From a virus, in IMG/VR virus record IMGVR_UViG_3300005253_002057, positions 1-64,000 of that record: a stretch of DNA of 64,000 bases, one strand, 5' to 3'. Within the stretch, counting starts at the first letter, position 1; each line of letters begins with the position of its first letter. This document shows, in pieces, positions 9,917 through 22,404 of the stretch. The notes under the pieces were generated by a model. It searched no databases. It saw only the letters and a list, made by a program, of their open reading frames with translations, and was not told the origin of the DNA. The translations under genes were made by a program, and so were the position numbers.

Positions 9917-10258
9917 CTAGCGGGCTCCTATCTTATCACGTTCTTTCTTTACAACCTCTGCTACTTTCTTGGTAAGAATATAATCCTTCTTTTCATTTCT
10001 ATATACATGATATGTTGCTGGTTTAGTGGAATTGAATTGTCTTATAAGTACTAGATTTTCTGATCCTGTAGAAGTACTAGCCCCTCCTTTTAGTAATAGG
10101 TTTCTATTTACTAGCAGTCCAAAGGACTCTAGTGTTATACAAAACTCTGTTGATTCCTTTAGATGTTTAATTACAGCTCTGGTAGTAGCATCTAAAAGGT
10201 GAATATTTATTAGTGTGCCATCTTTAGTTAGTAACTGTTTGAGTAATGATTTTGGCAT
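9917..10258 (-). CDS. hypothetical protein, first gene of a leaderless transcript that includes the helicase
   Basis: ATG lies 7 nt downstream of a consensus -10 box. Confidence 0.6.
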   Translation of the reverse strand: MPKSLLKQLLTKDGTLINIHLLDATTRAVIKHLKESTEFCITLESFGLLVNRNLLLKGGASTSTGSENLVLIRQFNSTKPATYHVYRNEKKDYILTKKVAEVVKKERDKIGAR

Positions 10259-10264
10259 TGTTTA

Positions 10265-10293
10265 ATTATACACCATTTTTGATGCCCTGTCAA
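10265..10293 (-). promoter_or_regulatory. sigma70-type promoter
   Basis: TTGACA-17 nt-TATAAT on the minus strand, intergenic. Confidence 0.9.
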
Positions 10294-11393
10294 GTCGTCT
10301 TTTGATTATGATCTTATTGTTATGGCTTCTCTTCATCTTCTTTTAGAAGAGCATTTCCTGGGCTGCCAGCTTTAAGCCATCTGTAGAAGACACCGATCAT
10401 TCTGGTCTTAAAGTCTTTATTGGGTATACTCATTCTATAGGTGCTTGCTATCTCGTAGCTTGGAAAGTCTACATCCCCAGCAACTTCTAGTAATGACTCT
10501 AGGCTAGTGTTTGAATAGTATCCAGGACATTGTCTTGTAGCTTGCCCTTTTATAGGAGAGGATACTGATAACTCTGGGTCATCATCTATATGGAAGTGTA
10601 CAGGAGGGGGCAAGCTACACTTCGTTTGTAGTTTAATAAATCTCGCTTCCAGACTACGCTGCATGTTGTCAGTCATCTGCTTCTCCTAGATCATTACATA
10701 ATTCTGATTACTTTTTTCGGTATGCGTGAAAAGAAGTCTTGTCAGACCTTTTACTATCTTCCAGAGCGTCTCTGTATCCCTGTTCATGTCCTCGCTTGTA
10801 TTTTTCCTCTAGTTCAAGAGTAATGGGTCTTCTAAGTTTTATAGATATTGCTATATAGAACACTCCTGCTACGAGTACTGTGCTTACTGTTACACAGAGA
10901 GCAACTAGAACTAGAAGGGGAATGGAGATGGGCTCAATTATATACATCTACACTCCTGGCTGATCTATTAAGTCTCCTAGACCATTACATCCTTCTGACT
11001 TGCAAGTTATAAGATGTGCATCTACTCCACACTCAAATGTTTCTCCCTCTATGTTCTGTTTAATTTCTCCGCAGGAGGCTGCTGCAGATACTCTACATGG
11101 ACAGTACCCTCTGTCTTCTATTACAATTTCTTTTCTTCTTTGTCTTCTTTCTCTATAATGCCTGAACAGAGACCAGGATGTTATTAGCCAGAACAGTATG
11201 GCGCTTATGTTTACTAGACTATTAACTACTTCTTCATAGATCATAGTGCTAGTCTGTCGTTATTATGTAATTTGAAGACCATTACTTTCTCCTGTGCCAC
11301 AAGCTGTATAGATAGTCTGTTGCTGTAGTTATTATTATGCCAATTCCCACTCCTAGTAATAGAAAGCTTACTTCCCTAGACCACATATCTATA

Positions 11394-12371
11394 CTAGTCC
11401 GTTGCTAACACACAGATTGCATACGCCCATAAGTCCCACCTCTGTCCTGAGCTGCTTCCGTTGTTTACTGCCCTAACTCTCCAACCTCTACCGTCTAGTG
11501 CTGGAAAGTTCTCCAGTATACTTATGTTGGGTATATTAGCTACTAGGCCGCCTCCGGTTACTACTCTTGGAGCAGTGCACTCTGCTTCTAGTGACTTAGT
11601 AACACTCTTAGTTAAATCACTAGCTAGTACTCTTTCCCAGCCTTCTAAGGGTCCTGAGTTTCCAGTGGAGCCCTTGTCCCCTTCTTTACCTCTTAAGCCT
11701 CTAGGTCCTGTTGGTCCTCTTTCTCCTGTGTCTCCTTTATCTCCAGCAGGTCCTATCTTTCCTGTTTCTCCAGGCTCACCTCTAGGTCCTCCTGGCTCTC
11801 CAGAGTCTCCTTTGAATTGTAATCTTATTTTAGATGGTACTGAGTCTGGTAGGTCTTCCCAGGTTAAATCTTCTGGTGTTATTATCTCTGAAGGCCAAGG
11901 GCTAGGGCCTAATTCTAGGGTTGAATAAAATCCAGCATACAGCTGAGGTATATCTAAAGACTCTACTGGGTCTAGAACCTCGTACTCTACACTTTCTAAT
12001 TCTATTATTCTTGTTTGTAGAGCATATAGTTGATCTTGTAAATCTTTCTCCACGTTTGTGTTGCTGTGAGTGTGGTTCAAGATGGTGTCTTCCATAAGAT
12101 CATCCACTAAGGAATCTAGGTAGGTTAGATCTATTGCTCCTACAGCTCCAGGCACTCCTGGATTCCCTGGCTGTCCTTGAAGTCCTATGGCTCCTCTAGG
12201 ACCAGGTTCTCCTTGAGCTCCTTGAGGCCCACTTGTAGGAGACCTACTAGGTTCAGCTAAGCAAGCTCCTGTAAGCCCTACTATTGAGGTGATTAAGAAT
12301 AGTAGTGTTACTGGCCACTTGAGTTTATGGTAGTTCAATAAAAACCTCGTCCTTATCATTCCTGAGTCCAT
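11394..12371 (-). CDS. collagen-like (G-X-Y) putative lipoprotein
   Basis: hydrophobic leader ending LTGAC (lipobox-like), two GXY tracts, C-terminal C...VTGGG...W.V.A...YAIC domain. Confidence 0.8.
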   Translation of the reverse strand: MDSGMIRTRFLLNYHKLKWPVTLLFLITSIVGLTGACLAEPSRSPTSGPQGAQGEPGPRGAIGLQGQPGNPGVPGAVGAIDLTYLDSLVDDLMEDTILNHTHSNTNVEKDLQDQLYALQTRIIELESVEYEVLDPVESLDIPQLYAGFYSTLELGPSPWPSEIITPEDLTWEDLPDSVPSKIRLQFKGDSGEPGGPRGEPGETGKIGPAGDKGDTGERGPTGPRGLRGKEGDKGSTGNSGPLEGWERVLASDLTKSVTKSLEAECTAPRVVTGGGLVANIPNISILENFPALDGRGWRVRAVNNGSSSGQRWDLWAYAICVLATD

Positions 12372-12837
12372 AGTTACTTAGGTAGGTGAAGGAGTCTCTT
12401 ATCCATAGTGCGTCTTGAAGGGCGTTGTGTTTATCTTTGGACTGTTCTGGGAATCTAATATCTCCTAGTAACATAGAGATCTGTTTCAGGTCATAACAAT
12501 ACTTAGGCCAGGTTGAAGGTAGATTTAACATTCCTCCGTATAGTCTACATAGTACTACCCAGTCGTAGGCTGAGAAGTATCCATAGAATACTGGATTCTT
12601 ATCCTTCTCCATCCAGCGGTGTAAGTGGTATCTTATTTGACTAAGAGTTTCTCTAGCAACTGTAGGAGCAAGTTGAGGGATTACATTCTCCATTAGCCAG
12701 GGGTTGTTGATTGGAGGAGTGAACTCACTGGATATAGCGTAGAAGCATCTACTATCTTCTGATACTACTGCTATAGATATTAGTTCTATTCCTCCCTTAG
12801 CATGCTCGTTGAATTCCGTGTCGAAGAAATATCTCAT
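12325..12837 (-). CDS. DEDD 3'-5' exonuclease (RNase AS/Rv2179c-like)
   Basis: start re-called at MRYFFDTEF (overlaps the upstream stop); LISIAVV, AYDWV, HNALQDA motifs. Confidence 0.88.
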   Translation of the reverse strand: MRYFFDTEFNEHAKGGIELISIAVVSEDSRCFYAISSEFTPPINNPWLMENVIPQLAPTVARETLSQIRYHLHRWMEKDKNPVFYGYFSAYDWVVLCRLYGGMLNLPSTWPKYCYDLKQISMLLGDIRFPEQSKDKHNALQDALWIRDSFTYLSNYGLRNDKDEVFIELP

Positions 12838-13720
12838 CTTACATCTACTCCTAGATCTACTCTTCCCTCTTTCTCTTTCCAGTGCCAGCCGTGTTCTTCG
12901 ACTATTCCTATGGCATAAAGATGTCTGGGCTCTACTATCTTTATAGCCACAGCAACTGATATGGCTTCTTCTAAGCTTACTGAAGTAGTGAATTTTAGAT
13001 AAGGTGAATAAGCTTTGGGATCTATGTCCCCATCTGCTGCCCAAGCGGAGAAGTATATTGTGAAGATAGATTCCTCTGCCGTAGTTAGTACTGGTACTGG
13101 TCTCTCATCGTACTTCTTTATACAAGTACGACAGTTTACCTTTGATATATCTGTGGTTATATAGTGCTTGTGAACAGCTAGTCTTCTGCAGAGGGTACTT
13201 GCTCCCTTAGCATAGTGAGTTCTTGGAGTCATTGTCTTAACCTCCTCAGTCTACTTGGAATCCTTTAGAGTTCTTTAGATATAGCTCGAATTCTTCCTTG
13301 ATGTTGCAAGTGGTACAGTCTAGTTCTGCTATGTAGTCATGGTTTACTCCCTTTGCTTGGGACTTAAGTTTCCACTTAGAAGGATGTCCTTTGGAGCATG
13401 GAACTAGTTCGCTTGCCCTCTCTACTACTCTTGTAATCATTTCTATTCTTGTCTCATGCGATCTTTTATTTCTGTAAGGCCACAGTTGCATTGGCTGTCC
13501 ATAGGACAGTTGGACAAGTGGCCTCCATACTTTAGTAATGCCAGTCTTAGTTCTAAGTTGGTAGGGGGCTTAGTTTTACTATTTATCCTGTCTTCACGTT
13601 CCTGGCCTTCCCTCATTGAGTCTCTTAATTCTTTTCTGAAGACGTTCATGCTACCTCCTTCAAGACTTGGTAGGTATTGGTGGCCTGAAAATAAGTTTTC
13701 TTTTCCGTTATACCAGACCA

Positions 13721-14356
13721 TTATCCTAACAGTCTTTCTAGTTCTGCCGCCAGCTCGGGATCATCTTTCAGCTTGGCTGCTAAACCTGCAAGCTTATCTG
13801 GCATCTCTTTTTTTACTCTAGTCTTTTTCTGCTTGGACTCATGCTCTCTTAGTCTCTCAGAAGTAAGCTCATGGTATAAAGGTCTGTAGTGCATTACTAG
13901 TTCATGCTTACCATTGTTCTCTACAAAGTACTTGCACTTGTGAGCTTCGCAACTAGCTCCATCTCCAGTGGTACAGTCTGTAAAGAATAGAAGACAATCT
14001 ACGCATTGATAGATAGAGCCTCTTCCAGGCATAGTAGGGAGTTCTAAGGCTAGCTTAGATGGGTGTGGAATTCCTTTGTCGAAGTGAGGGTGTGGATTAG
14101 AAAGTATGTAAGGGCACTCCCAAGGTATTACTCTAAACATCTCAGTGTTAGAGGCTTCTACTAGCTTTACTACATCCAAGTCACTTACGGCTTGAGTAGG
14201 AAGATTCTCGTAATACTCTACTGATTCTATTCGTATGCCCCTTGCTACAGATTCTCCTTTGGAGAAAGGTTTTACTGATGCTCTAGCAGACTTAAGGCAA
14301 GGGATTGCTTGTTCTCTTCTAGTATGTACTTCAAGACACACTGGACAGCTATTCAC
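13721..14356 (-). CDS. Cys/His-rich hypothetical protein
   Basis: CPVC, CVDC and CEAHKC putative Zn ligands. Confidence 0.45.
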   Translation of the reverse strand: MNSCPVCLEVHTRREQAIPCLKSARASVKPFSKGESVARGIRIESVEYYENLPTQAVSDLDVVKLVEASNTEMFRVIPWECPYILSNPHPHFDKGIPHPSKLALELPTMPGRGSIYQCVDCLLFFTDCTTGDGASCEAHKCKYFVENNGKHELVMHYRPLYHELTSERLREHESKQKKTRVKKEMPDKLAGLAAKLKDDPELAAELERLLG

Positions 14357-14943
14357 TCAGTCCCTCCCTTGTCTGCTAGGGTCTCAAACAGGCCTGGGTT
14401 CTGCTCAAACAACTCCTCAAACTTTTCCTCAATGTTTGGATTGAGTTCTGCTATCCTTTCTATTCTCTTTGTGTTTTCCCTCATCTGTCTTCTTGCCTGC
14501 TTATCTCTTAAGGTTTGAAGCTGCTCAGGAGTTAACTGTCTTTCCCTTACTGCTTCTGCAGCTTTTAGTATCTCTATGGGTGTCCAGATGTTTGAGCACT
14601 CTAAGCACTCTCTTCTGGCTACTTCAAAGCTTGCTTTACGTTTGGAGTTTCTTCTGGCGCATTTTGGACAGAGAAATTTTGTGGCTCCTTCAGCATATAG
14701 TAGTAGTTTCTTATCTACTAGCTTGTGTACTTTACGTCCTTCTTCATCCTCAAATGGGACTGTCTCAAAGGTGAAGACGTGCTTACATACAGTGCAAATT
14801 GAATAGTGTTCGTTTGATCTATCGTCTGTATAGTTTATAGAGAAGATTTGATCTAAGGCCTCTGGGTCTTCACATACAGGGCAGGTTACCTTACCCAGGT
14901 TATAGCTTAGCGGTAGATTGGCCTCTGCCATAGTTCCCTCCAA
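14353..14943 (-). CDS. double Zn-ribbon protein
   Basis: four CxxC pairs (CPVC, CTVC, CPKC, CLEC). Confidence 0.6.
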   Translation of the reverse strand: MEGTMAEANLPLSYNLGKVTCPVCEDPEALDQIFSINYTDDRSNEHYSICTVCKHVFTFETVPFEDEEGRKVHKLVDKKLLLYAEGATKFLCPKCARRNSKRKASFEVARRECLECSNIWTPIEILKAAEAVRERQLTPEQLQTLRDKQARRQMRENTKRIERIAELNPNIEEKFEELFEQNPGLFETLADKGGTE

Positions 14944-15199
14944 GTATAGCTGCTGGCTTGTAAATTAGAAAAGTCTCGTGGGTTGAGTGTAAAGTTTGAT
15001 CTTGCTCTCCTTTATTTTTTCCAGCACTTGATCTCTTAAGTCTCTAAGCCGGGTGGCAGATATGTTTCCTAGCCTCCTCTGTCTTGTAAGTGAATTCTCA
15101 AGAGAAATTATTCTTCTTTGAAGTAGACTGATCTCGTTGTCCTTGGTAGCCACAGCCCTCTTAAGAATGCCTTCTTCTACTAGGTCCATATCATTCTCC

Positions 15200-15811
15200 T
15201 TACTGTAGGGAGCTAAAAGGTACCATTAGGTACTGGTTTGTTATGCTACAATCGGTACAGAGTATACCTCCTGAATCCATTTCTTCCTGGTAATATACTT
15301 CTGTTAGCTCAATGTTTCTTCTAGCATTGCAGTTAAGACATACCATGTCGTAGGACTTTAGTACATCTATTGTTTCAAGGAGTAACTTGACTGTGCTGGC
15401 AAAGATTCCAGGGTTACGACTTTCTCTGTTACCAGCTACATTAAGTATGTGTACAGCGTTTATTCTAAGCCAGGCCCTTAGGTTCTCTGGTGTGGGATTC
15501 TCTGTCCAAGGCTTTCCTTCTTGTATGCAATAGCGTCGTGTTAGTCTAGAGCCAGGGCTGGAAGAATTGCCTGTTAGTAATGTACCATCACTATCTTGTA
15601 CATTAAGTTTAGTTCTAATTGGATAGGTTCTGGGGTCGTAAGGTCCTGCTACTAGTCCATAGGAAACTAATAGAGGTTTCTTGTAGCCATCTTCGGTCAT
15701 CCAGTTATAGGGTGCTGTTCCTCCTGTTTCTAATTCCAGTGCTGCTGCAGCTTCTAGACCAGCCATGTCAGCCCCTGTTTGACCCCCAGATATTATCTTA
15801 CTTGGATACAT
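15200..15811 (-). CDS. SLOG-superfamily ('putative molybdenum carrier') protein with C-terminal Zn ribbon
   Basis: KIISGGQTGAD, RTKLNVQDSDGTL, LNVAGNRES motifs; CLNC...CTDC. Confidence 0.88.
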   Translation of the reverse strand: MYPSKIISGGQTGADMAGLEAAAALELETGGTAPYNWMTEDGYKKPLLVSYGLVAGPYDPRTYPIRTKLNVQDSDGTLLTGNSSSPGSRLTRRYCIQEGKPWTENPTPENLRAWLRINAVHILNVAGNRESRNPGIFASTVKLLLETIDVLKSYDMVCLNCNARRNIELTEVYYQEEMDSGGILCTDCSITNQYLMVPFSSLQ

Positions 15812-15813
15812 CT

Positions 15814-18800
15814 CTAGTATACCTTAAGCCTGAGGATGGTCTTCTGGGCTACGAACTTAGGTCCCCACCAGCCTCTCCAGGTCTTTGTCTGGCAGTATAT
15901 TTCTAGTGGGTCTTCTAGTTTTAGCACTCTTGCTAGCCAGCATGAGAAGGTGCTTAGGGCGAACTCTGGGTCTTCAAGAGCTGCATACTCTTCGTATGCT
16001 TCTCTTATGGAATCCTTGAGTACTTGAGTGGATGAATCTAGTCTTTCTTGTGCAGCATCTAGCCAGCGGGCAGAGTCATTGTGCAGCTGGTTCCTTAAAA
16101 GTACCCTCTGCCAAGGCTGCTCTATTCTAGTTGCTGTTGTAGTCATTGTACTCGTCATCGTGCTCTCCTTCAAGTAGCGCATCTATTAGATGGTCTCCAC
16201 TGTCTGGAATTCTATCTGGGAATGGTAAGTCATCCCAGTAAGTGAGCTCAGCTATAAAGGTTGCTAAGGGTCGACCGTTCACTAGAATGTCGGGATACTT
16301 TCCTTGTTCCTCCCTTCTTTGACAGTAGGCACATGAGTCATTTGCAAAGATTGCTGCTACAACTTTATCCTCTGTGGACATTTCAGACCCACACTTTGAA
16401 CAGGTCATTAGATGCGGCCCTGTCTGGCTAGTACTTCTTCGTTAACTTCTACTAACTCAGCTCGGAGCTCATCTACTGGGCATCCGAAGGACTCGGATTC
16501 TTTTACCTGCTCCTTAAGCTCCCGCTGTCTATTTAAGAGTTCTTTAACTGTTCTTTGATTAGGAGCTCTCCCTGAATAGATCACCGTGCTCTCCTCTAAG
16601 TGAGTAAAGGGCTGCTGTAGATACTTAAGTCCACGGTGGCTTACGCAACGTCGTTCTCCTTTTTACCTACTTAATAACTAATCCTACTAAGCCATGAGAT
16701 ACGGCTTAGATTCTAGGACTACGGCCCCAGAATAGGGATGAAGATCGCCGGAGACGAAGTGTGTTTATATAGCCTGGGCTGCGATGATGTACTCATATTA
16801 TGTTAACTCCTTTCCTTTCACGTGCTTAAGGGCCCCAGAATTACTTAAGAACAAGCATATTGGTTATAGACTTATTCTTACTGTAAAGCTTTTTCATTAA
16901 GAAATCATGTACTGAGCTGTATTGCTTTCTAGTCCTCTCGTCTCTACTTTCCTGGGCTTGTCTACTAGCCATCTCATCCCAGGAGCCTGCGTGAAAGGCA
17001 CTTACTGCACTTAAAGATGTAGCGTAGATTCGTCTCTTTGCTTCTAGCAGCCATTGGGCTACGTAGTGTCTATCGTTTTCTAATTTTCTTTCTTCGTGAG
17101 TCATGGTATATGAACCTCATTCATGCCTTCATTATAACACACGATGTCAAGCTTTGTTCCTGTTTCTATCTAACCTGATTTCTTCTTCTGGTAAATTTCT
17201 TCTGAGTACTTAAGCCACATTCCAATTACTGCCCATAGATGGTTTGTAAGGTGATCTACTATACCTTCCACAGGTATCTCATTCTGGGCAGCGTACTCAA
17301 AGCCTATCTTTACATGCTCCTTGAGCTCCTCTTTAGAAGGCATTATTTACTCCGTTTGAATGGAATCTTGATGCTGGTACTTTGTACACTCTTCTATATC
17401 CCCTGGAACTAGAGAGTTAATGTACCGTAGGGCTTGCTCTATGGCAGTTCTTTGGGCTAATAACTCCCCAGAAACATGTCTAGCAGCAGACTCTAATGTT
17501 GGATGAGCCCCTCTCTTGCATGATGTAAGGGCAGAAGCTAGTGCTGTAGGGTTAATGTTTTCTTTGTTAATATGGTAAGGCATATCCAGTGCTAGTCCTT
17601 TCAGTCGTTGAAGACGTGAATCTCTTGCTCACACTTCTCGCACATATAAGTGCGCTCCTCAATTCCTCCTGCATAGTCTTCATTCTTCTTGTCGCGTAAG
17701 AAGTGAGCATTGTGGCTACACTTAGGACACTTAATGTCTGAAGGCCAGAATCCTACTGGAAAGCCAAGGGTAGAAGCCTCCACTTCTATCTCGTCAGGGA
17801 CATCGCTGATTATGAATCTGCAAGTCATAGTTTACTCCAGTCCGTTAAGCTGTCTCCATTCTTTCCACGTTACTAGCTTGATGTTCTCTGACATGTGAGT
17901 TGCTTTGGGGTCGCTAGTTGATCTCCCACTTCCCCAAGCATCTGCATCTAGCTCTGCTAGTAGCTTCTGGTTGTCCTCCTCTGAGTTAGGCTCACCGGTA
18001 ACTTTTATCCAGCCACTGCCGCACTTCTCCCTGAAGTATCCGTCTGTATCATTACCTCCTGTGTACTTAACTAGCTCACGATAACCTACGAAGAATTTTT
18101 CTTCAGTCATCTAGAGCTCTCCTAACCTATCTCCAGTTGCTTATCCTGCAATTCTTCCAGCTCAAGATTAGGTTGAGGCAGAGGCTCAGGTCCGTGATGT
18201 CCTGGCTTCAGGTAGTCGTGGATTGAGTCCGCAATGGTCCTCAACTGCGCTAAAGATAGGAACACCGATATGTCTCCTAGAACTAGGAGATGAACTATTC
18301 GCTTCTCCTTTCCAACTTCCATAAGCTGGGTTCTTACTTCATCGTCCTCTTGTAGATGCGTAGTAACGCTAGTGTTGGGCATAACTACTCCTTTTAACAG
18401 ATACTCTGGTAAACTTCTGATGTCAAAAACAGTGAGTCCCCCTCTCCTTTCACTTTGACTGTTGGTAGTATGTGAAGAAATACTCTGTAGCCTCCAAGGG
18501 GTCTATCATCTGATAAACCTTCAGGGAGGAAGAAGTATGTGTTAATGAAAGGGCCTGGAAGAAGTTCTGTGTCTTCTATCTGATAGATTTCTTCGTCATC
18601 TCCCAGTATGTGGTAGATCTTGTGGAACTCGTCCTCTGTAAAGTTACTTGGAACGAAGGCTCTCTTATAGTCCTGCCAATCGTCCCAGCCTCCTAACTGG
18701 GCTTCCTCGTCTGTAAGAATCCCCTCTCCGAGACGATAGAGAGTGAGCTGCTTAGCATAATCCTCAGCTATACGCTCGTTATAGTAACGAAGGTTTGCTA

Positions 18801-21630
18801 GCTGGTCTTCAGTCAGTCCGTAGCCGGGTTCTTTAGTCATGGCTAGACCTGCACCTTCTTTATTCTTGGAGTTTTCTCCGTGTGTTCTCCATAGACTTCT
18901 CTTGAGTCCCAGCCTATGTCTGCTAGATAAATAACTGCTGGCCCTTGCCTTATTGTCCAATCAATAGTGGCTATCACCTCGCTTTCCTGCAAATTATTTT
19001 CTGCACGATAAGTCTCCATCTCCGACAGGAGCTTGTTCACTTGTCTTATTGTCCAGTTCTTCATCTATACCCCCTCGTCTGCTTACTTAAAGTGGCTAGT
19101 AGCTTAGGTCAAGAAGTGCTAAGGCTTCCAGCTCGTCGTCTGCTGTAGGAAACTCTGCCGTTCCTTCGTTTATAAGGGCCGCTACTTGATCGATAGTGAC
19201 TGGTCTTACAAAGGCTACGCTTTCCCCCAGTTCGGTGAGTCTCCTCCTAGCTTTCTCTTCATCTTCAGCTCTCACTAACCAGAAAACCTCCTCGTCCGCT
19301 CCCACTTTGTAGAACTGTAGATGAGCCTTTCCAGATTGCTTGTCTATCATTGCTTGCTCTCCTTCTTTAGACTCATTGCTATCCGTGGTGTCCGCATCCG
19401 ATGCTGCTTTCCTGCTCTTTTTCGAAGTCGAAGGAATGAAGACAGAGTAGACCTGGAGATTGCTCGGAAAGTGTCTTAAGAGTCTGCATCATTTCTTCTA
19501 GAGGTCTCTTCTTACCGTCAGCAGTTTTCTTGGCTAGATTAACGGTAAGTACTACAGAGTTATCTGTCTCAGATACGTTTACTACTAGCTCGGCGTAGGC
19601 TAGTTCCTGGTTGTTGAGAAAGATGCTTCTACAGAAGGGACACTTGCTGCTTCCCTTTTCTCCACACTTAGTGCAAGCTACCTTTGCCATCAGAGCACTC
19701 CTTTATTTCTTCCCTTTACTCAATCATGCTAAGTGTTACTGGCTCAAACCAAGCGTAGCCACACTCTCTGTCTGAGCAGTATATGACTTCCTCTCCGACG
19801 TATCCACCTCCTGACAGAAGCAGTCCTTTGCATGTAGGGCACCTAGCCTCAGGTCTTCCATGCACTCGCTGGTAGGCCTTATCGAACTGGGTCGTGGTAA
19901 GTCCTGTTATGTGCTCAAAAAGCTTGTACACGTCTTTTGATGAGTGTTCCTGTGATTCATCTAGCCTAAAAAGCTGTGCTCCTGCTTCTGTAGCTTCTAG
20001 CCACATTGCTAGTCCCTCATGTAGCGTGATCCTTCTAAGATCTACGTACATAATTCTCTCAGTGTAGCTGTAGGGATCGTGCTGAGAGCCCTCACTACCA
20101 TGCTGCATATCTAGGCTTCTCATGCTTGCTCCTTTCTACTCCTAGTATCCACCCAGTATCTCAAAGGAGAGCTTGTGAAAAGATGCTGTGAGATACTAGA
20201 GGGAGTCTTTGAGCTGAAGAGTTCTTACACTCGGCTTCTTCTCCCAAGAGTGCATAAGCTATTCATATTGTAGGTCTCCCTAAATCTACGTCATTATTAC
20301 CTCCTTTATACCTGCCCGTCTGCTTTAGCCCCTACGTAGGCCCAGGTTCTTTGAGCCTCTCTATAAGACTTTAGCATCTCATTGCACAGATGCATAAACT
20401 CCATCCACTGGTGACAGTATATGCAGTGAACTGTATATCTATTACCCAGACTAGTTTTCACGCTACTCCTTAGCTGTTTATGCAGATGAAAGCAAATTGC
20501 TCAGGGCTTTTCGTTTCCAGAATGCCTTCCATAGCTCCTTCTGAGAATTGCCCTATGAGCTTGTACTCTGTGGAGGCATTCTCCTCCATGCGCTTGCCAG
20601 CTACTAGGTCCATTAGCAGGCTATAGGCCTGGCTAGGGTCCTCAGCCTGTACAAGCCAGTCTCGCTCCCCTTCTGGGCTAAGCTCAGTTATCTGTACAAA
20701 CACTCGCTTGCTCCTTATGTCACTCGTCTGCTAGATGATTCCCCAGATGGATTCTTCTGTAGCCCCCAGCATCTCTTCTATGCCAGAGTGCACTGCTCCT
20801 GAGTCCCCTTCTTCCAGCTCGAGCTTCCAGCTCTGAAGCTGACTACGAAGAGCCTTACGAGCACCTTCGTATAGGCGGGCCCGTTCAGCAGCTTCAAACT
20901 CCCTAGCCTCTTGCTTTTCTGCGTGCTTAAGCATAGCTTCCCTGGATTTGCTACACACTTGCTTGCTCCTTTGCTAGCTGGCTGGCTATTCTTCTTCTTC
21001 TAGGTCAATGTGGGTCTCTGGGTCAAGCTCATCGAGCATGTCTGATAACCACTCAGGTGTCATTAGCGGTGACTCCTATCCCTAGCGTCTCGGTGTCTTG
21101 GTCTGTTGCTTGCTAGCTCATGCCCCTGCCGGTAGCGGTTTAGGGTTGCTTATGCTCCGATGCCGTGACTACTCGTCGTCTTCGTCTGTCTTGCGGTCCT
21201 TACCCCTGAGCTCGACGACTCCCTGCTCGACCAAGATCCGCGTGTTCGCTACAGCGTTCTCGCCTTCCTCTGCGAACTCGACTACCAGCAATTCTATGGC
21301 TGCTGACAACCTTGCTCTCAAGCCGGTGTACTGCTCGGTCTTGCGGACCTGATTCCAGGTGGTGACCCTCAGCCTACGCTCGTGGTCTCCCCCTGCTTTT
21401 GCGGCTGGTGCTATCAGCACGCGACGCATGGCGCTCTGCTTCTGGATTTGAGCTATGCGTTTCTCATCGGCCTCTTTCGTGCTGATGCTGTACTGGGCCA
21501 TAGCTACAAGCGCGTCTGGCGTCATGTGGATTGCTTCCGCTGCGGCTTGTAAAGCCTCTGGGTCGCTCTCCTGCGCTGCTAGCACTTTTTCCGCCATGTC
21601 TGCCATGTCTTGTGTCTGTACGTCTGCCAT
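15814..21630 (-). other. cluster of small early/host-takeover hypothetical genes
   Basis: about 20 co-oriented short ORFs with strong GGAG Shine-Dalgarno sites; no recognisable domains except Zn fingers. Confidence 0.65.
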
Positions 21631-21757
21631 TGTGAAACTCCTTCAAGCACAGCAGGAGCATGAGCAAGCAAGCAACATATTCAATTGTTAATGTGCGATG
21701 CACATATATGCGTTTCGCATTGTTGTGCGTTTGCGGATTTGCGTTTTCCGCATTTCC

Positions 21758-21786
21758 ATATTATTTCATTCCGAAAAATTATGCAA
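21758..21786 (-). promoter_or_regulatory. possible promoter of the leftward early operon
   Basis: TTGCAT-17-TAATAT on the minus strand. Confidence 0.4.
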
Positions 21787-22010
21787 ATTCTTGTTTTCCC
21801 ACACTTTTTTGAGAGAAATGTTATTTTTTCTACAAAAAACACACAAAAAGTTACGAAAATCGTAACAATAAATGGATTTGGTGTGTTTTTTCCACAAAAA
21901 AAATTGCTAGACGATTCTTGTTTATGTTATTTTATGTTGTTATATAACTGCTTTATGTTAAACTAGCATTGTTTGTTTTAATTTCCATATAAATTCCTCA
22001 ACTTGTATTA

Positions 22011-22080
22011 TTTAGTATTGTTTATTATTCTTTAGCATTATTTATGTTACTTTATTTTAATTTATCCTAATTTATCCTTG
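22011..22080. repeat. 7 x 10-bp phased TTTA-N6 units
   Basis: TTTA begins at 22011, 22021, 22031, 22041, 22051, 22061 and 22071. Confidence 0.8.
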
Positions 22081-22090
22081 CCCCTTTTAA

Positions 22091-22310
22091 TTCATGAATT
22101 TCTTTTCATGAAATACTTTTATGTAATCTGCTTTCATGAAAAGTAAAACATGAAATTTAATTCATGAATCATTTACAAATGAATTTTATTTCATGAATTT
22201 TGTTTCATGATTTTTATTTCAATGTTTTTTATTTCATGAAATAAGATACATGAATTTCTTTTCATGAATAAATTTTCAATAAAAGATTTTCATATTTTTA
22301 ATTTCATGAA
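22091..22310. repeat. about 16 units of 14 bp centred on the palindrome TTCATGAA
   Basis: perfect copies at 22091, 22105, 22133, 22161, 22190, 22233, 22261 and 22303, degenerate copies in the intervening 14-15 bp registers. Confidence 0.9.
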
Positions 22311-22357
22311 AATATGAATCCTATTATAATACTATATAGTCTATAATAGCTTTGAAC

Positions 22358-22404
22358 CTGTTAATAGGGTCTGTTAATAGCCCTGTTAATAGGGGTGTTA
22401 ATAG
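22358..22404 (+). repeat. 4 iteron-like direct repeats (C/G)TGTTAATAG
   Basis: copies at 22358, 22371, 22383 and 22395, with degenerate copies flanking. Confidence 0.85.

Noticed and set aside
12838-13044. N-terminal 69 aa of the predicted 239-aa ORF
   Set aside because: Overlaps gene 12834-13232; the nuclease domain starts at ATG 12837
17131-17150. Promoter (TTGACA and TATAAT on the minus strand)
   Set aside because: Spacer is only 8 nt
21685-21966. 93-aa ORF in the AT-rich region
   Set aside because: Low-complexity F/C/I-rich translation of non-coding repeat DNA, opposite to local gene orientation
22091-22310. CRISPR array
   Set aside because: Repeat is 8 bp with about 6-bp AT-only gaps; no spacer-sized unique sequences and no cas operon
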